Source of the DNA: Candidatus Omnitrophota bacterium | GTDB lineage: Bacteria > Omnitrophota > Gorgyraeia > Gygaellales > Profunditerraquicolaceae | DNA length: 64,000 nt | Assembly: GCA_049275655.1 (NCBI GenBank) | Contig: JBASUY010000030.1 | Location: forward strand, 78,446-142,445 | Direction of reading: 5' to 3' | Part shown: in pieces, positions 28,069-39,045 of the stretch | How positions within the stretch are numbered: the stretch's first letter is position 1 | Layout: each line of letters opens with the position of its first letter | Made by a program: the position numbers and the translations under genes | The notes under the pieces: model-generated | The model's input: the letters and a program-made list of their open reading frames with translations, nothing else | Told to the model about the DNA's origin: nothing | The model's database searches: none

Positions 28069-29538
28069 CTATAGTATATATTTTTTTTCTTTCTTAAGCG
28101 GGCTATTCTTTATATCCTCTGATATCTCTTTAGAAATTCCCTGCCTACCTAATTTATAATACATATAATTCTTATACCCCTCAACCCCAGGCTGGTCAAA
28201 GGCATTTACATTCAGCAATTCGCCTTCAAAGGCAGTAGCCATCTGAAAAAAGAATAAAAGAGCACCCCAATAATACGCAGTTACCTTAGGCAAGATTATT
28301 GTGCAATTAGGGCGGTTCTCTCTTGTAAGCGCCCACTCAGTAGCCTCTTGGGCTAAATTTATCAATTCAGTGTATCCTTTGCCTGACAAAAGCACATCAG
28401 ATGCAGGAACTTTCAACTCATTCTTGAAACGCTTTACTTTTATAAAAGTTACTACCTTATCATGCTTGCCTTCTACGTTATTCTGCTGTACTGAATGTAG
28501 GTCTCCTGTGCCGCGGCAAGGTATGGGGGTCCTACCTATGTTAACTATCTTCTTTTTATCCCTTACCCACTCTTCAATGTCGCCATTTAACTTTACTCTC
28601 CTAAGGTACTTTTTGCCTAAACTCTCTGCTAAAAGTTGGACATACCATTCAGCCGTAGATTTTAAAGTTTCAGAAAAAGGCATGATAACAGCTAAGGATT
28701 TATTCTTCTTTTGATAGAGCAAATGATGCAGCAATGCATACATGTATGCAGGGTTATTAAAAAAATTGCGCTCCTTGCATCTGGCCAACATATCCTTAGC
28801 GCCATTTAAAACTTCAGCAATACGTACTCCTATAAGCGCAAGATGCAAAAGCCCCATATTAAACTCAGAGTATCTACCGCCTACCCCTTTAAGCAAGGGG
28901 AGGCTACGAAAACTTAATTTATCTTTTTGATTCTCTTGGTTAACCCTTTTACGCAAAGATCCGGAATCCGGGTCAGTAATCGCAAATATCTGCCGGCCAT
29001 AATTCTTGCCAACCCCTCTTCTTAACCAATTCTCTGCACAAAGAAAAGCTGCCTTAGTCTCGGTAGTCTCCCCTGACTTAGAAATAACCACTATAAAGGT
29101 CTTTCGGGGATTTAAGTTTTTAAGCAAGGCCATTATGGTATCCGGGTCTAAATTATTACCTTCAAAATAAATACGCGGATTTTTTCCCCTTAGTAAAGGA
29201 AACTCATTGTAATACGCAGGCGCTAAGGCATCCTGCGCTGCCTTAAGCCCAAGGTAAGAACCTCCTATCCCCAAAAAAATGACATTATCATATTTAGCAG
29301 CGATATCATTTGCTATCCTTTGTATTTCTTTTATCCCCTTATCTTCCTGAAAAGGCAAATTCGCCCACTCTAAGCCAAGTTTAACCCTGCTAGATTTATT
29401 CCCTATTAAATCCCATAAATGTTCATGGCTATGCTCAATCCTCTTAGACAATCTTAAGATATCCGAAGCCTTTATCCCATGAGAATCGCCAATATTAAAG
29501 TTAAACATATTATTAAAATCAAACCTTATGCTTTCCAT
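28069..29538 (-). CDS. pgi: glucose-6-phosphate isomerase
   Basis: PGI signatures FLGIGGSYLG and SKSGETTET, 489 aa. Confidence 0.85.
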   Translation of the reverse strand: MESIRFDFNNMFNFNIGDSHGIKASDILRLSKRIEHSHEHLWDLIGNKSSRVKLGLEWANLPFQEDKGIKEIQRIANDIAAKYDNVIFLGIGGSYLGLKAAQDALAPAYYNEFPLLRGKNPRIYFEGNNLDPDTIMALLKNLNPRKTFIVVISKSGETTETKAAFLCAENWLRRGVGKNYGRQIFAITDPDSGSLRKRVNQENQKDKLSFRSLPLLKGVGGRYSEFNMGLLHLALIGVRIAEVLNGAKDMLARCKERNFFNNPAYMYALLHHLLYQKKNKSLAVIMPFSETLKSTAEWYVQLLAESLGKKYLRRVKLNGDIEEWVRDKKKIVNIGRTPIPCRGTGDLHSVQQNNVEGKHDKVVTFIKVKRFKNELKVPASDVLLSGKGYTELINLAQEATEWALTRENRPNCTIILPKVTAYYWGALLFFFQMATAFEGELLNVNAFDQPGVEGYKNYMYYKLGRQGISKEISEDIKNSPLKKEKKYIL

Positions 29539-29546
29539 AAAAACCC

Positions 29547-29870
29547 CTATCTTTGGATTATCTTAACTGTGGTGCGCAAGCCATCCTTCCAAGGCCAGAG
29601 CATGGCAAATAAAGCGCTACTTCCTTCTCTTTTAAAATAAAGGGTTTGCCCGGGCATAATACCGCCAAAACTACTTATCGCTTCTTGGGCGTGGTAGGCC
29701 AACCTATTTTTTGAGGGCCAGGCAGGATCTCCAAAAAAGCTTTTCAATCTTTCATTTAGCTTAAGGATTTCTTCTTTAAGCAACACCCCTTCAAAGTAGT
29801 TGTCGCAATCAGTACGCAAAGACTCAAAGGGTATCTTCTTTACCTCTTCTTTTAGGCTATTAAACTCCAT
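29547..29870 (-). CDS. hypothetical protein (107 aa, no recognised family)
   Basis: Intact ORF co-directional with, and 8 nt downstream of, the YkgJ-like gene. Contains an LWPW motif. No family assignable by eye. Confidence 0.4.
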   Translation of the reverse strand: MEFNSLKEEVKKIPFESLRTDCDNYFEGVLLKEEILKLNERLKSFFGDPAWPSKNRLAYHAQEAISSFGGIMPGQTLYFKREGSSALFAMLWPWKDGLRTTVKIIQR

Positions 29871-29886
29871 ATTAGTTCTTTTTACG

Positions 29887-30300
29887 CTACAAATTTTTTA
29901 CTTTTTTCAAGACACTTCTTTTTTTATTTCTATTTCTTCTTCTAATCCTATTTCTATGAAGAGTGCATAAAACACTAGCAAAAGAAGAGAGCCTCCCATT
30001 TTCATAAGGAAACTCTTTACAGGTTACAGGCTTTAAGGAATAATCGCGCTTATGTATACGGCAAAGCCCATCTTTATCCAAAAAAACACAAGGGTTATCC
30101 TCTATGCTAGTGCCTATTCTAAACCCTGAAGGAAAACCCTTATCTTTCTCTAAATGAAAAAAGTCACCCTTAATACCGGCGGATATTATCTTTTTTGCCT
30201 CTTCTAAGTCAATCCAGGCCCCAAACCTACAACAATCAGACTGAGTCTTACACTCATTACAGTTAATTTTACGCCCTGTCTTTCTTTTCTCTTTTTTCAT
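29887..30300 (-). CDS. YkgJ/UPF0153-family cysteine-cluster (putative Fe-S or Zn) protein with polybasic C-terminal tail
   Basis: CNECKTQSDCC plus a second Cys group CVFLDKDGLCRIH...C. C-terminal RNRIRRRNRNKKR tail. Confidence 0.5.
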   Translation of the reverse strand: MKKEKRKTGRKINCNECKTQSDCCRFGAWIDLEEAKKIISAGIKGDFFHLEKDKGFPSGFRIGTSIEDNPCVFLDKDGLCRIHKRDYSLKPVTCKEFPYENGRLSSFASVLCTLHRNRIRRRNRNKKRSVLKKVKNL

Positions 30301-30328
30301 CTTTTTTTATATTATACTACAATTTCAA

Positions 30329-30979
30329 TTAAAAAGGCAACCCTAAATCTTGAACTATAATTTTCCCGGAAAACTTTTTTCCTTGCCCTTTAAGCATCCC
30401 TATCTTAGGGGCTATAAAAGTAACGGTGGTATCGGCTTTTACAGCAGTACCTAGGACTTTTCCTGTATCTGCGCCTATTCCCGAAGGCAAATCAACAGAA
30501 ATGACACGCGCATTAGATTGATTAATTATATTAATAACCTCTGCGATTATGCCTTTAACTACCCCTTTTAAACCTACCCCAAAAATAGAATCTACTATCA
30601 ACCCGTAACTTGCCAACCTTTTTTTAAAGGCCATAAGGCTCTTGTCATTTATAATAAAAATTTTTTTCTTTAGTTTCAATAAAATATTTAAATTTACTCT
30701 CGCTTCTCCTTTAACCTCAGAAAATCCAGCACACAGATAAAGGTCTGGATTTACCCCCTTAGCCATAAGGTGGCGCGCCGCAGAAAACCCGTCTCCGCCG
30801 TTATTTCCTTTGCCGCAGATTATAGCTACCTTAAGTTTCTTAGAACCGATAATTCTTAAGGCTTCCATACTAACTGCCCTGCCGGCATTCTCCATAAGTA
30901 AGGCCACAGGAACGCCAAACCTTTTGATTGCCCTTGAATCCAACCTCTTTGCCTCTAAGACAGTTAATACTTTAGCCAC
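30329..30979 (-). CDS. nnrE: NAD(P)H-hydrate epimerase (stand-alone YjeF_N domain), GTG start
   Basis: YjeF_N signature ICGKGNNGGDGF. Only 216 aa, so no fused YjeF_C dehydratase domain. SD AAGGGGAGAGGG upstream of the GTG. Confidence 0.75.
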   Translation of the reverse strand: MAKVLTVLEAKRLDSRAIKRFGVPVALLMENAGRAVSMEALRIIGSKKLKVAIICGKGNNGGDGFSAARHLMAKGVNPDLYLCAGFSEVKGEARVNLNILLKLKKKIFIINDKSLMAFKKRLASYGLIVDSIFGVGLKGVVKGIIAEVINIINQSNARVISVDLPSGIGADTGKVLGTAVKADTTVTFIAPKIGMLKGQGKKFSGKIIVQDLGLPF

Positions 30980-31080
30980 TTACCCTCTCCCCTTAATTGA
31001 TACTACCGCCAACTAAAGAAGATACCACTAATCATAAGCTACTGCCTAAAAAATAATTACGCATCCTTTTTAAATACCCC

Positions 31081-32085
31081 TCAATGTAAGCGCTGATTAT
31101 CTTCTTCTATCTCGCCAACAATCTCTTCAATCAAGTCTTCTAAGGTTACAAGCCCGAGAGTTTTTTTGTTTTTATCAACCACTATTGCAAGTTGAACCTT
31201 ATCTGCCTGAAACTTACGCAAGAGCTCATTAACGCGCATGCCTTCTAAAATATAATAAGGGTTGTGAACAAGATCCCGTAATAAGAAAAGCCCCTTAGTC
31301 CTTAAGAGATATAAAAGGTCCCGGGCATAAATAATCCCTACGATATTTTCTATTGTGCCGCTATAAACAGGAAGCCTTGCATACCCTTCTTCTACAAACA
31401 TATTCAAAAGCTCATCAGAGGTAGTATTTATATTAACCGCTACTATATTTTCTTTTGTAACCATGCAATCCTCAACCCGCGTATCCCCAAATTCAAATAT
31501 ACGATGCAGCATCTTCCTCTCTTCATCGCTTACAACCCCCTCGTCTTTACCAACCTCGATCATAAGCTTAATTTCTTCTTCCGTAATAAGGGGCGAGCGC
31601 TTAGGCGGCTCTACGCCAAAAATTTTAAGTAAGGTATTGCTAATCCAAATGAAAAATCTGGTTATCGGGTCAAGAAATTTAACGAAAACTTCCATAATCG
31701 GGGCTATGAAGAGAGAGACTTTCTCCGCATGCTTAGTGGCTAATATCTTCGGGGTAATCTCGCAAAAAACAAGGACAAAAAAAACAGTAGCAAAAGTCGC
31801 TATAAAGGTCCCCAAATGAAAACCAAAGATGGGTATGCACAACCCGGTAACTAAAGCCGAAAGTGCGATATTAACAAAGCTACTGCCTATAAGCGTAGTG
31901 GCTATAAATTTATCCATCTTTCCTGAAAGCCTCTGGATACTCTGCGCTCTTTTAACCCCCTTAGCTACCATATGGCGCAGCCTTATCCTGCTTAAGGCAA
32001 TAATGGAAGATTCGGAGGCAGCAAAAATAAAGGCGGCTACGGATAGAATAATAACAAATACAAAAATTAACACCGTATTAACCAT
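31081..32085 (-). CDS. CNNM/CorC-HlyC family membrane protein (DUF21 + CBS pair)
   Basis: N-terminal TM helices and the DUF21-type IALSRIRLRHM region. CBS pair region in the C-terminal half. Confidence 0.7.
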   Translation of the reverse strand: MVNTVLIFVFVIILSVAAFIFAASESSIIALSRIRLRHMVAKGVKRAQSIQRLSGKMDKFIATTLIGSSFVNIALSALVTGLCIPIFGFHLGTFIATFATVFFVLVFCEITPKILATKHAEKVSLFIAPIMEVFVKFLDPITRFFIWISNTLLKIFGVEPPKRSPLITEEEIKLMIEVGKDEGVVSDEERKMLHRIFEFGDTRVEDCMVTKENIVAVNINTTSDELLNMFVEEGYARLPVYSGTIENIVGIIYARDLLYLLRTKGLFLLRDLVHNPYYILEGMRVNELLRKFQADKVQLAIVVDKNKKTLGLVTLEDLIEEIVGEIEEDNQRLH

Positions 32086-32086
32086 T

Positions 32087-33364
32087 TTATTTTAAACTTA
32101 TCCTCTTACTAATAGCATCTTCTACACTCTTAAGCGGCCCGATTAAGGCTAAGTTAAGGTTGTCTTCCCTAAAGGCCTTTTGGGCTACAATAGAAATATC
32201 CTCCTGCCTTACCTTATTAACCTCTTCAATAATCTCCTCTAAGGAAGGGCTTTTGCCTAAAGTAGCGGCATTTTCCCCTACCCAAAGCATATGCTCCATT
32301 GTATCTTCAAGGCCTAATTTTAATTGCCCGATATAGAATTCTTTAGCCCGTTTAAACTCAGCCCGGCCTACAGGATAATCTTTTACCTTCTTAAGCTCTT
32401 TTAGCGTCAAATTAACTGCTTCAGATACTTTACGATTGTCTATCCCGGCGTGAATAATAAAAGCACCGGTATCATAAAAACGCTTTACCGCCGTGCTAAT
32501 CCCATAGGCTAACCCGCGCTTCTCTCTTATCTCATTAAAGAGCCTACTGGACATATTTGCCCCTAAAAGAATGTGAAGCAAGGTTAGAGCTTGCCTTAAG
32601 GGATGGCCGCGCTTTAGCGCCTTAAACCCTAATGCTATATGCGTCTGTTCAGTATCTTTATAAAACGCCTTTATCTGAGCAGAAGATTGCCTTGTCTTAG
32701 CTTTAGTAAATACGCTATCCTTTCCTTTAGGCAGGAGCGCAAATTCCCTATCTATCTCTTTGCTTAACTTATCTATATCAATATCCCCAGAAGCGCTTAT
32801 GAGAATATTAGAAGGAGTATAATACCTACTCCAAAAAGATAAGAGGCTGTCCCGGGTAACTTGAGAAATAGAATTAACCGTGCCTATAATCGGAAGCCCC
32901 AAGGGTTGTTTCGGCCATAAAAGCCCATCCAAGAGCTCATATACATAACTCTGCGGCAGGTCCCGGTACATCTTAAGCTCCTCTAATATAACTCCTCTTT
33001 CTTTTTTTACCTCTACTTCGGGTAAAAGCGGCCTGATAACCATATCAGAAAGGACCTTAAACGCCTTGCCGGAATAGCGGCTTGATACTTTTACTAGATA
33101 ACAAGTTAACTCTTCGGAAGTAAAACCGTTCAGCATGCCTCCTACGCCTTCAATAGATTCTTTAATATTACGGCAAGAGTAATTTTTAGTGCCTTTAAAA
33201 AGAAGGTGCTCTAAAAAATGCGCCGAACCTTTATTCTCATTATCTTCATACCTGCCGCCCACCTTAATAAATATCCCTAAAGACAAGGAGTTTCTCCCGG
33301 GCATACGGCTTAAAAAAACCTTTAAGCCATTATTTAATACAATTTTATGATAACTTTTATTCAT
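32087..33364 (-). CDS. M16 family zinc peptidase (pitrilysin-like)
   Basis: Inverted zinc motif HFLEHLLFKGT (HxxEH), 425 aa. Confidence 0.8.
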   Translation of the reverse strand: MNKSYHKIVLNNGLKVFLSRMPGRNSLSLGIFIKVGGRYEDNENKGSAHFLEHLLFKGTKNYSCRNIKESIEGVGGMLNGFTSEELTCYLVKVSSRYSGKAFKVLSDMVIRPLLPEVEVKKERGVILEELKMYRDLPQSYVYELLDGLLWPKQPLGLPIIGTVNSISQVTRDSLLSFWSRYYTPSNILISASGDIDIDKLSKEIDREFALLPKGKDSVFTKAKTRQSSAQIKAFYKDTEQTHIALGFKALKRGHPLRQALTLLHILLGANMSSRLFNEIREKRGLAYGISTAVKRFYDTGAFIIHAGIDNRKVSEAVNLTLKELKKVKDYPVGRAEFKRAKEFYIGQLKLGLEDTMEHMLWVGENAATLGKSPSLEEIIEEVNKVRQEDISIVAQKAFREDNLNLALIGPLKSVEDAISKRISLK

Positions 33365-33365
33365 C

Positions 33366-34160
33366 CTACCTTAAAACCCTTACAAAACCTGCTACTTCTT
33401 TTACCAAATTATGCTTCCCTATATTTTCTCTTATCTTAGATACAACCGCGCTTCCCACAATAACTCCGTCCGCAAACTCCAATATCCTTGTTGCCTGCTT
33501 ACGATTGGAAACCCCAAATCCTACACAAACAGGAACCTGCGTATGCCTCTTGAGTTTTCGGACATTTGCTTTTAACCTTAAAGGAAAAGATTTACGCGCG
33601 CCTGTAACCCCGGTCAAAGAGACATAATAAATAAACCCTTTAGCTAACCTTAAAATCATCTTCATCCTTTTTAAAGTAGTAGTCGGGGCAATAAAGGATA
33701 TATTATACAACCCGGCCTTTTCGGCCCTTAAGGTAAAATTCTTTCCTTCATCCGCAGGCAGATCAGGGATTATTACTCCATCTAAGCCCTTTCTTGCCGA
33801 AAAATCTATAAACTTATCCTCCCCCATTGCAAAGATAGGATTATAGTATGTCATAATCAATATAGGAATGTGCACTCTCTTACGCAACCTGCCTACCAAA
33901 TTAATAACGTCTACCAACCGTACATTATTCTTAAGCGCCTCAAAAGATGCCTCTTGTATTACTGCTCCGTCTGCTAAAGGGTCGGTAAAAGGAACCCCTA
34001 ACTCTATCATATCAACTCCTGCCTTAGCAAACTCTACAACCAACTCTTCTGTTATCTTAAGGTTAGGGTAGCCTGCAGTTATAAAAATTATCAAAGCCTT
34101 CTTCCTGCTTTTTCTTAATTTACTAAACTTTTCGTCTATTCGGTTTATATTTTTTTGCAT
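33366..34160 (-). CDS. trpA: tryptophan synthase alpha chain
   Basis: TIM barrel TrpA motifs ([18 protein letters not shown]), 264 aa. Confidence 0.9.
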   Translation of the reverse strand: MQKNINRIDEKFSKLRKSRKKALIIFITAGYPNLKITEELVVEFAKAGVDMIELGVPFTDPLADGAVIQEASFEALKNNVRLVDVINLVGRLRKRVHIPILIMTYYNPIFAMGEDKFIDFSARKGLDGVIIPDLPADEGKNFTLRAEKAGLYNISFIAPTTTLKRMKMILRLAKGFIYYVSLTGVTGARKSFPLRLKANVRKLKRHTQVPVCVGFGVSNRKQATRILEFADGVIVGSAVVSKIRENIGKHNLVKEVAGFVRVLR

Positions 34161-35361
34161 CCTCTAAAACTCCCGTAACAATCCCTAAATCCTTATCTCC
34201 CCGTCCTGATAAACAAACCACTACTATTGCGCCTTTTTTTACCTTACCGGATAATTTATTCAAATAAGCTAGAGCATGGGCAGACTCTAACGCAGGTATT
34301 ATCCCTTCTTCCTCACAGAGGAGGCGAAAAGCTGATAAGGCCTCTTTATCAGATACTGCCACATAGTTGGCGCGGCCTATCTTTTTATAATAAGAATGTT
34401 CCGGGCCAACTCCGGGATAATCAAGCCCTGCGGATATAGAATGCGTCTGATTTATCTGCCCAAATTTATCATACAGAAGAGCTGACTTTGCCCCGTGCAA
34501 TACCCCGACTTTGCCTTTTACTAAAGTTGCGGCATTCTCCCCTAAAGAGAACCCTCTTCCCCCTGCCTCAACCCCGATAAACTTTACGTCTTTATAATTA
34601 AAAAATGGATGAAATAATCCTAAGGCATTACTTCCGCCTCCTACGCAGGCAATCAGATAATCAGGGAACCTGCCTATTTTTTTCTTTATCTGCGTTTTAA
34701 CCTCCCTGCCAATTACAGATTGAAAATCCCTAACAAGTAATGGATAGGGATGCGGTCCGGCAACCGTGCCTACAATATAATACGTATCCCTTACATTAGT
34801 AACCCAGTCGCGCAATGCCTCGGTCATCGCCTCTTTTAAAGTTTTAGAGCCTGCGTAAACCGGTATCACCCTTGCCCCCAACAGCTCCATCCTAAAGACA
34901 TTTTGCCTCTGCCGCCTCATATCTTCTTCACCCATATAGATATCGCACTTTAAGCCAAAGAGCGCCGCAGCCGTAGCCGTAGCTACGCCATGCTGGCCTG
35001 CCCCTGTCTCTGCAATCACCCTGCGTTTTTTCATTCTTAAAGCCAATAGCGCTTGGGCTAAAACATTATTCATCTTATGCGCGCCCGTATGCAAGAGGTC
35101 CTCTCTTTTTAAATAAACCTCCATACGCTTAAAATACCTGCTTAGGTTTTTAGCATAATACAAAGGAGTAGGCCTACCGGCGTATTCCTTAAGGTAATAG
35201 TTTAGGCGGCTTAAAAAACTTTTATCTTTGCTTGCCTTACTGTATTCGCTCTCTAACTCATCTAAGGCAAAGATAAGCGTCTCAGGAACAAACCTTCCGC
35301 CAAACTCAAGGAAATGCCCGGTATCATCCGGTATCTTTTTACAAGTTGATCTTAATCTCAT
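34123..35361 (-). CDS. trpB: tryptophan synthase beta chain
   Basis: PLP Lys motif [10 protein letters not shown] and GGGSNALG, 412 aa. Confidence 0.92.
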   Translation of the reverse strand: MRLRSTCKKIPDDTGHFLEFGGRFVPETLIFALDELESEYSKASKDKSFLSRLNYYLKEYAGRPTPLYYAKNLSRYFKRMEVYLKREDLLHTGAHKMNNVLAQALLALRMKKRRVIAETGAGQHGVATATAAALFGLKCDIYMGEEDMRRQRQNVFRMELLGARVIPVYAGSKTLKEAMTEALRDWVTNVRDTYYIVGTVAGPHPYPLLVRDFQSVIGREVKTQIKKKIGRFPDYLIACVGGGSNALGLFHPFFNYKDVKFIGVEAGGRGFSLGENAATLVKGKVGVLHGAKSALLYDKFGQINQTHSISAGLDYPGVGPEHSYYKKIGRANYVAVSDKEALSAFRLLCEEEGIIPALESAHALAYLNKLSGKVKKGAIVVVCLSGRGDKDLGIVTGVLEDAKKYKPNRRKV

Positions 35362-35969
35362 TTTACTAAACTAATAAATTCTTTTATCTTCTTGTGGCTT
35401 TTTATCCCAGGCCTTAATTCAACCCCCCCTGAAACATCAACCCAATCAGGCTTAACTATTTTTAAAGCCTTCTTTACATTAGAGGTATTTAACCCTCCGG
35501 ATAAAAAAACCTCTCTTCTTATCTTAAGTGTATCTTTTAGTAAAGACCAGTCAAATCTTCTTCCTGTCCCTCCATATTTATTTTTCAAAAACCCATCAAA
35601 GAGAAAGCTGCATTTTTTATATTTAACTACCTTGCTAAAATCAAACTCCTTGCTTACCCTAAACGCCTTTATTACCTTAAAACCTGGAAACCTAAAGCAA
35701 AAATCAACTGCCTCATCCCCGTGGAATTGCAGCATATCTAAATTACACTTACGCGCAGTCTTTTTTATCCTACTCTCCGAAGCATTTACAAAGACGCCTA
35801 CCCTTTTTATGCTTTTAGGTAGGATTTTAGATATACGGCTTGCCTTCTCTAAAGTTATATAGCGCGGGCTTTTTTTATAGAATACAAAACCAACGGCATC
35901 TGCGCCGCTAAAAAAAGCCGCTAAGGCATCCTCTAAATTTGTAATACCGCATATTTTTACCTTAACCAA
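35358..35969 (-). CDS. trpF: phosphoribosylanthranilate isomerase
   Basis: KICGIT N-terminus, 203-aa TIM barrel, located between trpC and trpB. Confidence 0.85.
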   Translation of the reverse strand: MVKVKICGITNLEDALAAFFSGADAVGFVFYKKSPRYITLEKASRISKILPKSIKRVGVFVNASESRIKKTARKCNLDMLQFHGDEAVDFCFRFPGFKVIKAFRVSKEFDFSKVVKYKKCSFLFDGFLKNKYGGTGRRFDWSLLKDTLKIRREVFLSGGLNTSNVKKALKIVKPDWVDVSGGVELRPGIKSHKKIKEFISLVK

Positions 35970-36761
35970 TTACCACCTCATAATCTCTTCAACTTTGCTT
36001 AGAATATTTTCGGATTGCATAAAAACTGTCCCGATTAAACAGGCATTTATCCCGAGTATCTTTAAGAAGAGGATATCTTGACTAGATTTAATCCCGCTTT
36101 CAACTACTACCGTCAATCCTTTAGGGATAAGAGGATATAATCTCTCTACGGTCTTTAAGTCAACCTCAAGAGTGTGCAGGTTGCGGTTATTAATGCCTAT
36201 AAGGGAGACGGATTTTAATTTTAAGACTTTTTTTAGCTCTTTTTCGTCGTGCACCTCAACCAAAGAATCCATCCCTAAACTTAAAGCCAAACTAGAAAGC
36301 TCTTTTATTTCGTCCTGAGTAAGAAGAGAGGCTATTAATAATACCGCATCTGCCCCATAAGCCTTAGATTCATAAATCTGATAAGGGTCAAAGATAAAAT
36401 CCTTCCTTAAGATAGGTAGATTTGTTAAATCTTTTACCTCTTTTAAAAAGTTAAGGCTGCCTAAAAAATAATCCTCTTCGGTTAAGACTGAGATGGCCTG
36501 CACTCCGCTCTCTTGGTATGCTTTAGCAATCTGGATATGGTTAAAATCCTGACGGATAATACCTAAAGAAGGGGAGGCCTTTTTAATCTCTGCAATAAGG
36601 GATATCTGATGCGGCTTATTAACCGCCTCTTTAAACCTTGCCTTGCCTTGCGCGGAGGCTAATTTTAATTTAAGCTCTTCTAAGGGGAAAGTCTCTTTAG
36701 TTAAAGAAAGCCGCTCTTTTTTCTTTTGCACAATCTCTTTTAGTATATCAATCTTTTTCAC
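35970..36761 (-). CDS. trpC: indole-3-glycerol phosphate synthase
   Basis: IAEIKKASPS motif, 263 aa. Confidence 0.88.
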   Translation of the reverse strand: MKKIDILKEIVQKKKERLSLTKETFPLEELKLKLASAQGKARFKEAVNKPHQISLIAEIKKASPSLGIIRQDFNHIQIAKAYQESGVQAISVLTEEDYFLGSLNFLKEVKDLTNLPILRKDFIFDPYQIYESKAYGADAVLLIASLLTQDEIKELSSLALSLGMDSLVEVHDEKELKKVLKLKSVSLIGINNRNLHTLEVDLKTVERLYPLIPKGLTVVVESGIKSSQDILFLKILGINACLIGTVFMQSENILSKVEEIMRW

Positions 36762-36762
36762 C

Positions 36763-37770
36763 CTATTTAAACTCCTTTAAAATATTAAGTTTTTCTAACG
36801 CTCTTCTGCTATCTATTGAGTCTTTAGCCATAACTATCCCTTCTTCTATTGAACGTGCCTTATCCGCAGCATAAATCGCACAGGCAGAGTTTAAGAGGAC
36901 GATATCCCTCTTAGGGCCTTTCTTACCGTTTAAAATATCCAAGGCTATACGGATATTCTCATTAATATCAGACCCTGCAAGGTCATCCATAGAGGCCCTC
37001 TGAAAACCAAACTCCTCCGGAGATATTTCATAATCCTTAAAGCTTCCGTTTGCCGCCTCAGAGATAAAGGTCTTATCCGTAGTTGTAATCTCATCTAACC
37101 CGTCATTGCCATGGACAACTAAAACATGCTTAGTGCCAAGGTTACTTAATACAGCAGCTAAAGTCTTCGTCCAATGCCGGCTATAAACACCAATAAGTTG
37201 ATTAGTGGCGCGCGCAGGATTAATCAAAGGCCCTAAGATATTAAAGATAGTCTTTTCTTCTATTTGCCTTCTGGCCGGCATTACATAACTCATCGCCGGA
37301 TGGAGGTTAGGGGCAAAGAGAAAGGCAATGCCACACTCTTCAAGGCACCGCTTAATCTTACCTCTATCCATATTTATATCTACTCCTAACCCCTCAAGCA
37401 GATCTGCACTTCCGCATTTACTAGAGACAGAGCGATTCCCGTGCTTGGCTACGCAGACCCCGGCACCGCTGGCAACAAAGGCAGTAATGGTGGAGATATT
37501 AAAGGTCCCTTTTTTATCCCCTCCGGTACCACAAGTATCTAATATATTCGGCTTATCTACAATAATAGGCTCTACATATTCAAGCATCGCCTCTACTGCC
37601 GCGGTAAGTTCTTCTACTGTTTCTCCTTTGCTATTTAAAAAGGTAAGAAACTCCACTATATCTGCGGTATCCGTAACCCCAGAGAGCATATCAGAGATAA
37701 CCCCTTTTACCTCTTCGGGCTTTAAGTTCTTCTTCTCTGTAAGCATCTTTATCGCTCTTTTAATCAGCAT
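36763..37770 (-). CDS. trpD: anthranilate phosphoribosyltransferase
   Basis: CGTGGDKKGTFNIST glycine-rich motif, 335 aa. Starts 3 nt after the murA stop. Confidence 0.9.
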   Translation of the reverse strand: MLIKRAIKMLTEKKNLKPEEVKGVISDMLSGVTDTADIVEFLTFLNSKGETVEELTAAVEAMLEYVEPIIVDKPNILDTCGTGGDKKGTFNISTITAFVASGAGVCVAKHGNRSVSSKCGSADLLEGLGVDINMDRGKIKRCLEECGIAFLFAPNLHPAMSYVMPARRQIEEKTIFNILGPLINPARATNQLIGVYSRHWTKTLAAVLSNLGTKHVLVVHGNDGLDEITTTDKTFISEAANGSFKDYEISPEEFGFQRASMDDLAGSDINENIRIALDILNGKKGPKRDIVLLNSACAIYAADKARSIEEGIVMAKDSIDSRRALEKLNILKEFK

Positions 37771-37773
37771 ATA

Positions 37774-39039
37774 TTATTCTTTTTCCCTACGTACCCGCGC
37801 GCCTAATCTTAAAAGTTTATCTTCAATCCCCTCGTAACCGCGCTCTAAATGGTATATCCTTGATATCGTAGTCTTACCTGAAGAAGCTAAACCGGCTAAG
37901 ACTAAAGAAGCAGAGGCGCGTAAATCTGAAGCCATCACCGAAGCGCCGGATAACCCCTTTACCCCTGCTACTATAGCATGAGGGCCTTCGCGCTGTATAT
38001 GCGCTCCCATGCGGTTTAACTCAGCAACATGCATAAACCTATCCGGATAAACCTTCTCTGTTATTAATGTTATCCCTGGCGTAATACTCATCAAGCTCAT
38101 CATCTGTGCTTGCATATCGGTAGGAAAACCCGGATAAGGGAGGGTAGTAATATTTACTGCCTTCAAGGGCCGCTTATAAGAGATGCGCAAAGAGCTATCA
38201 GACTTTACTATAACTGCCCCAGCCTCCTGCAACTTATCAATTAAAGCTCCGAGATGATTTGATAAGACATTCTTAATGAGTATATCCCCCTTAGTTATAA
38301 GCGCAGCTAAAATCATCGTCCCTGCTTCAATCCTATCTGGGATAATCGTATGCGTTGCCCCGTGTAAAGACTTAACCCCCTCTATCTCTATCATCGGAGT
38401 GCCATGCCCTTTTATCTTAGCCCCCATCTTAATCAAAAACTCCGCTAAATCAACAACCTCCGGTTCACAGGCAGCAGCCTCAATAATAGTCTTGCCTGAA
38501 GCTAAAACAGCAGCCATCATCACATTATCAGTAGCTAAAACCGAGGAGCCAAAAACCCCGCCTAAATAAATATGCGCCCCCTTTAGCTTATCTGCCTTAG
38601 CAATTATATACCCGGAGTCAATATCTATATCCGCGCCTAATGCCCGGATCCCCTTTAAATGTAGATCAACCGGCCTAACCCCGATAATACAGCCTCCGGG
38701 AAGAGAAACCTTAGCCTTCTTTAATTTGCCCAAAAGCGGGCCTAAAACACAGAAGGAGGCACGCATAGTAGAAACAAGTTTATAGTCTGCCGTATAGCCT
38801 GCCTTCTTTTTTAAAGAAGTGATACTCAACACGCCTTTGCCGAATTCTACCTCCTTGCCTAAAGAGCGGAGTATCTTAACCATAGTATTAGTATCACGCA
38901 ATCCGGGAACACCCTTGATAAGACAAGCGCCATCCGTAAGTAAGGTCGCAGCCATAATCGGCAAGACTGAATTTTTAGCCCCGGAGATAGTAACTTCCCC
39001 TTTAAGCTTAACTCCTCCTTCAATTACTAATTTATCCAT
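37774..39039 (-). CDS. murA: UDP-N-acetylglucosamine 1-carboxyvinyltransferase
   Basis: EPT fold with the active-site Cys loop KVSLPGGCIIGVRPVD, 421 aa. Confidence 0.92.
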   Translation of the reverse strand: MDKLVIEGGVKLKGEVTISGAKNSVLPIMAATLLTDGACLIKGVPGLRDTNTMVKILRSLGKEVEFGKGVLSITSLKKKAGYTADYKLVSTMRASFCVLGPLLGKLKKAKVSLPGGCIIGVRPVDLHLKGIRALGADIDIDSGYIIAKADKLKGAHIYLGGVFGSSVLATDNVMMAAVLASGKTIIEAAACEPEVVDLAEFLIKMGAKIKGHGTPMIEIEGVKSLHGATHTIIPDRIEAGTMILAALITKGDILIKNVLSNHLGALIDKLQEAGAVIVKSDSSLRISYKRPLKAVNITTLPYPGFPTDMQAQMMSLMSITPGITLITEKVYPDRFMHVAELNRMGAHIQREGPHAIVAGVKGLSGASVMASDLRASASLVLAGLASSGKTTISRIYHLERGYEGIEDKLLRLGARVRREKE

Positions 39040-39045
39040 AACTGA

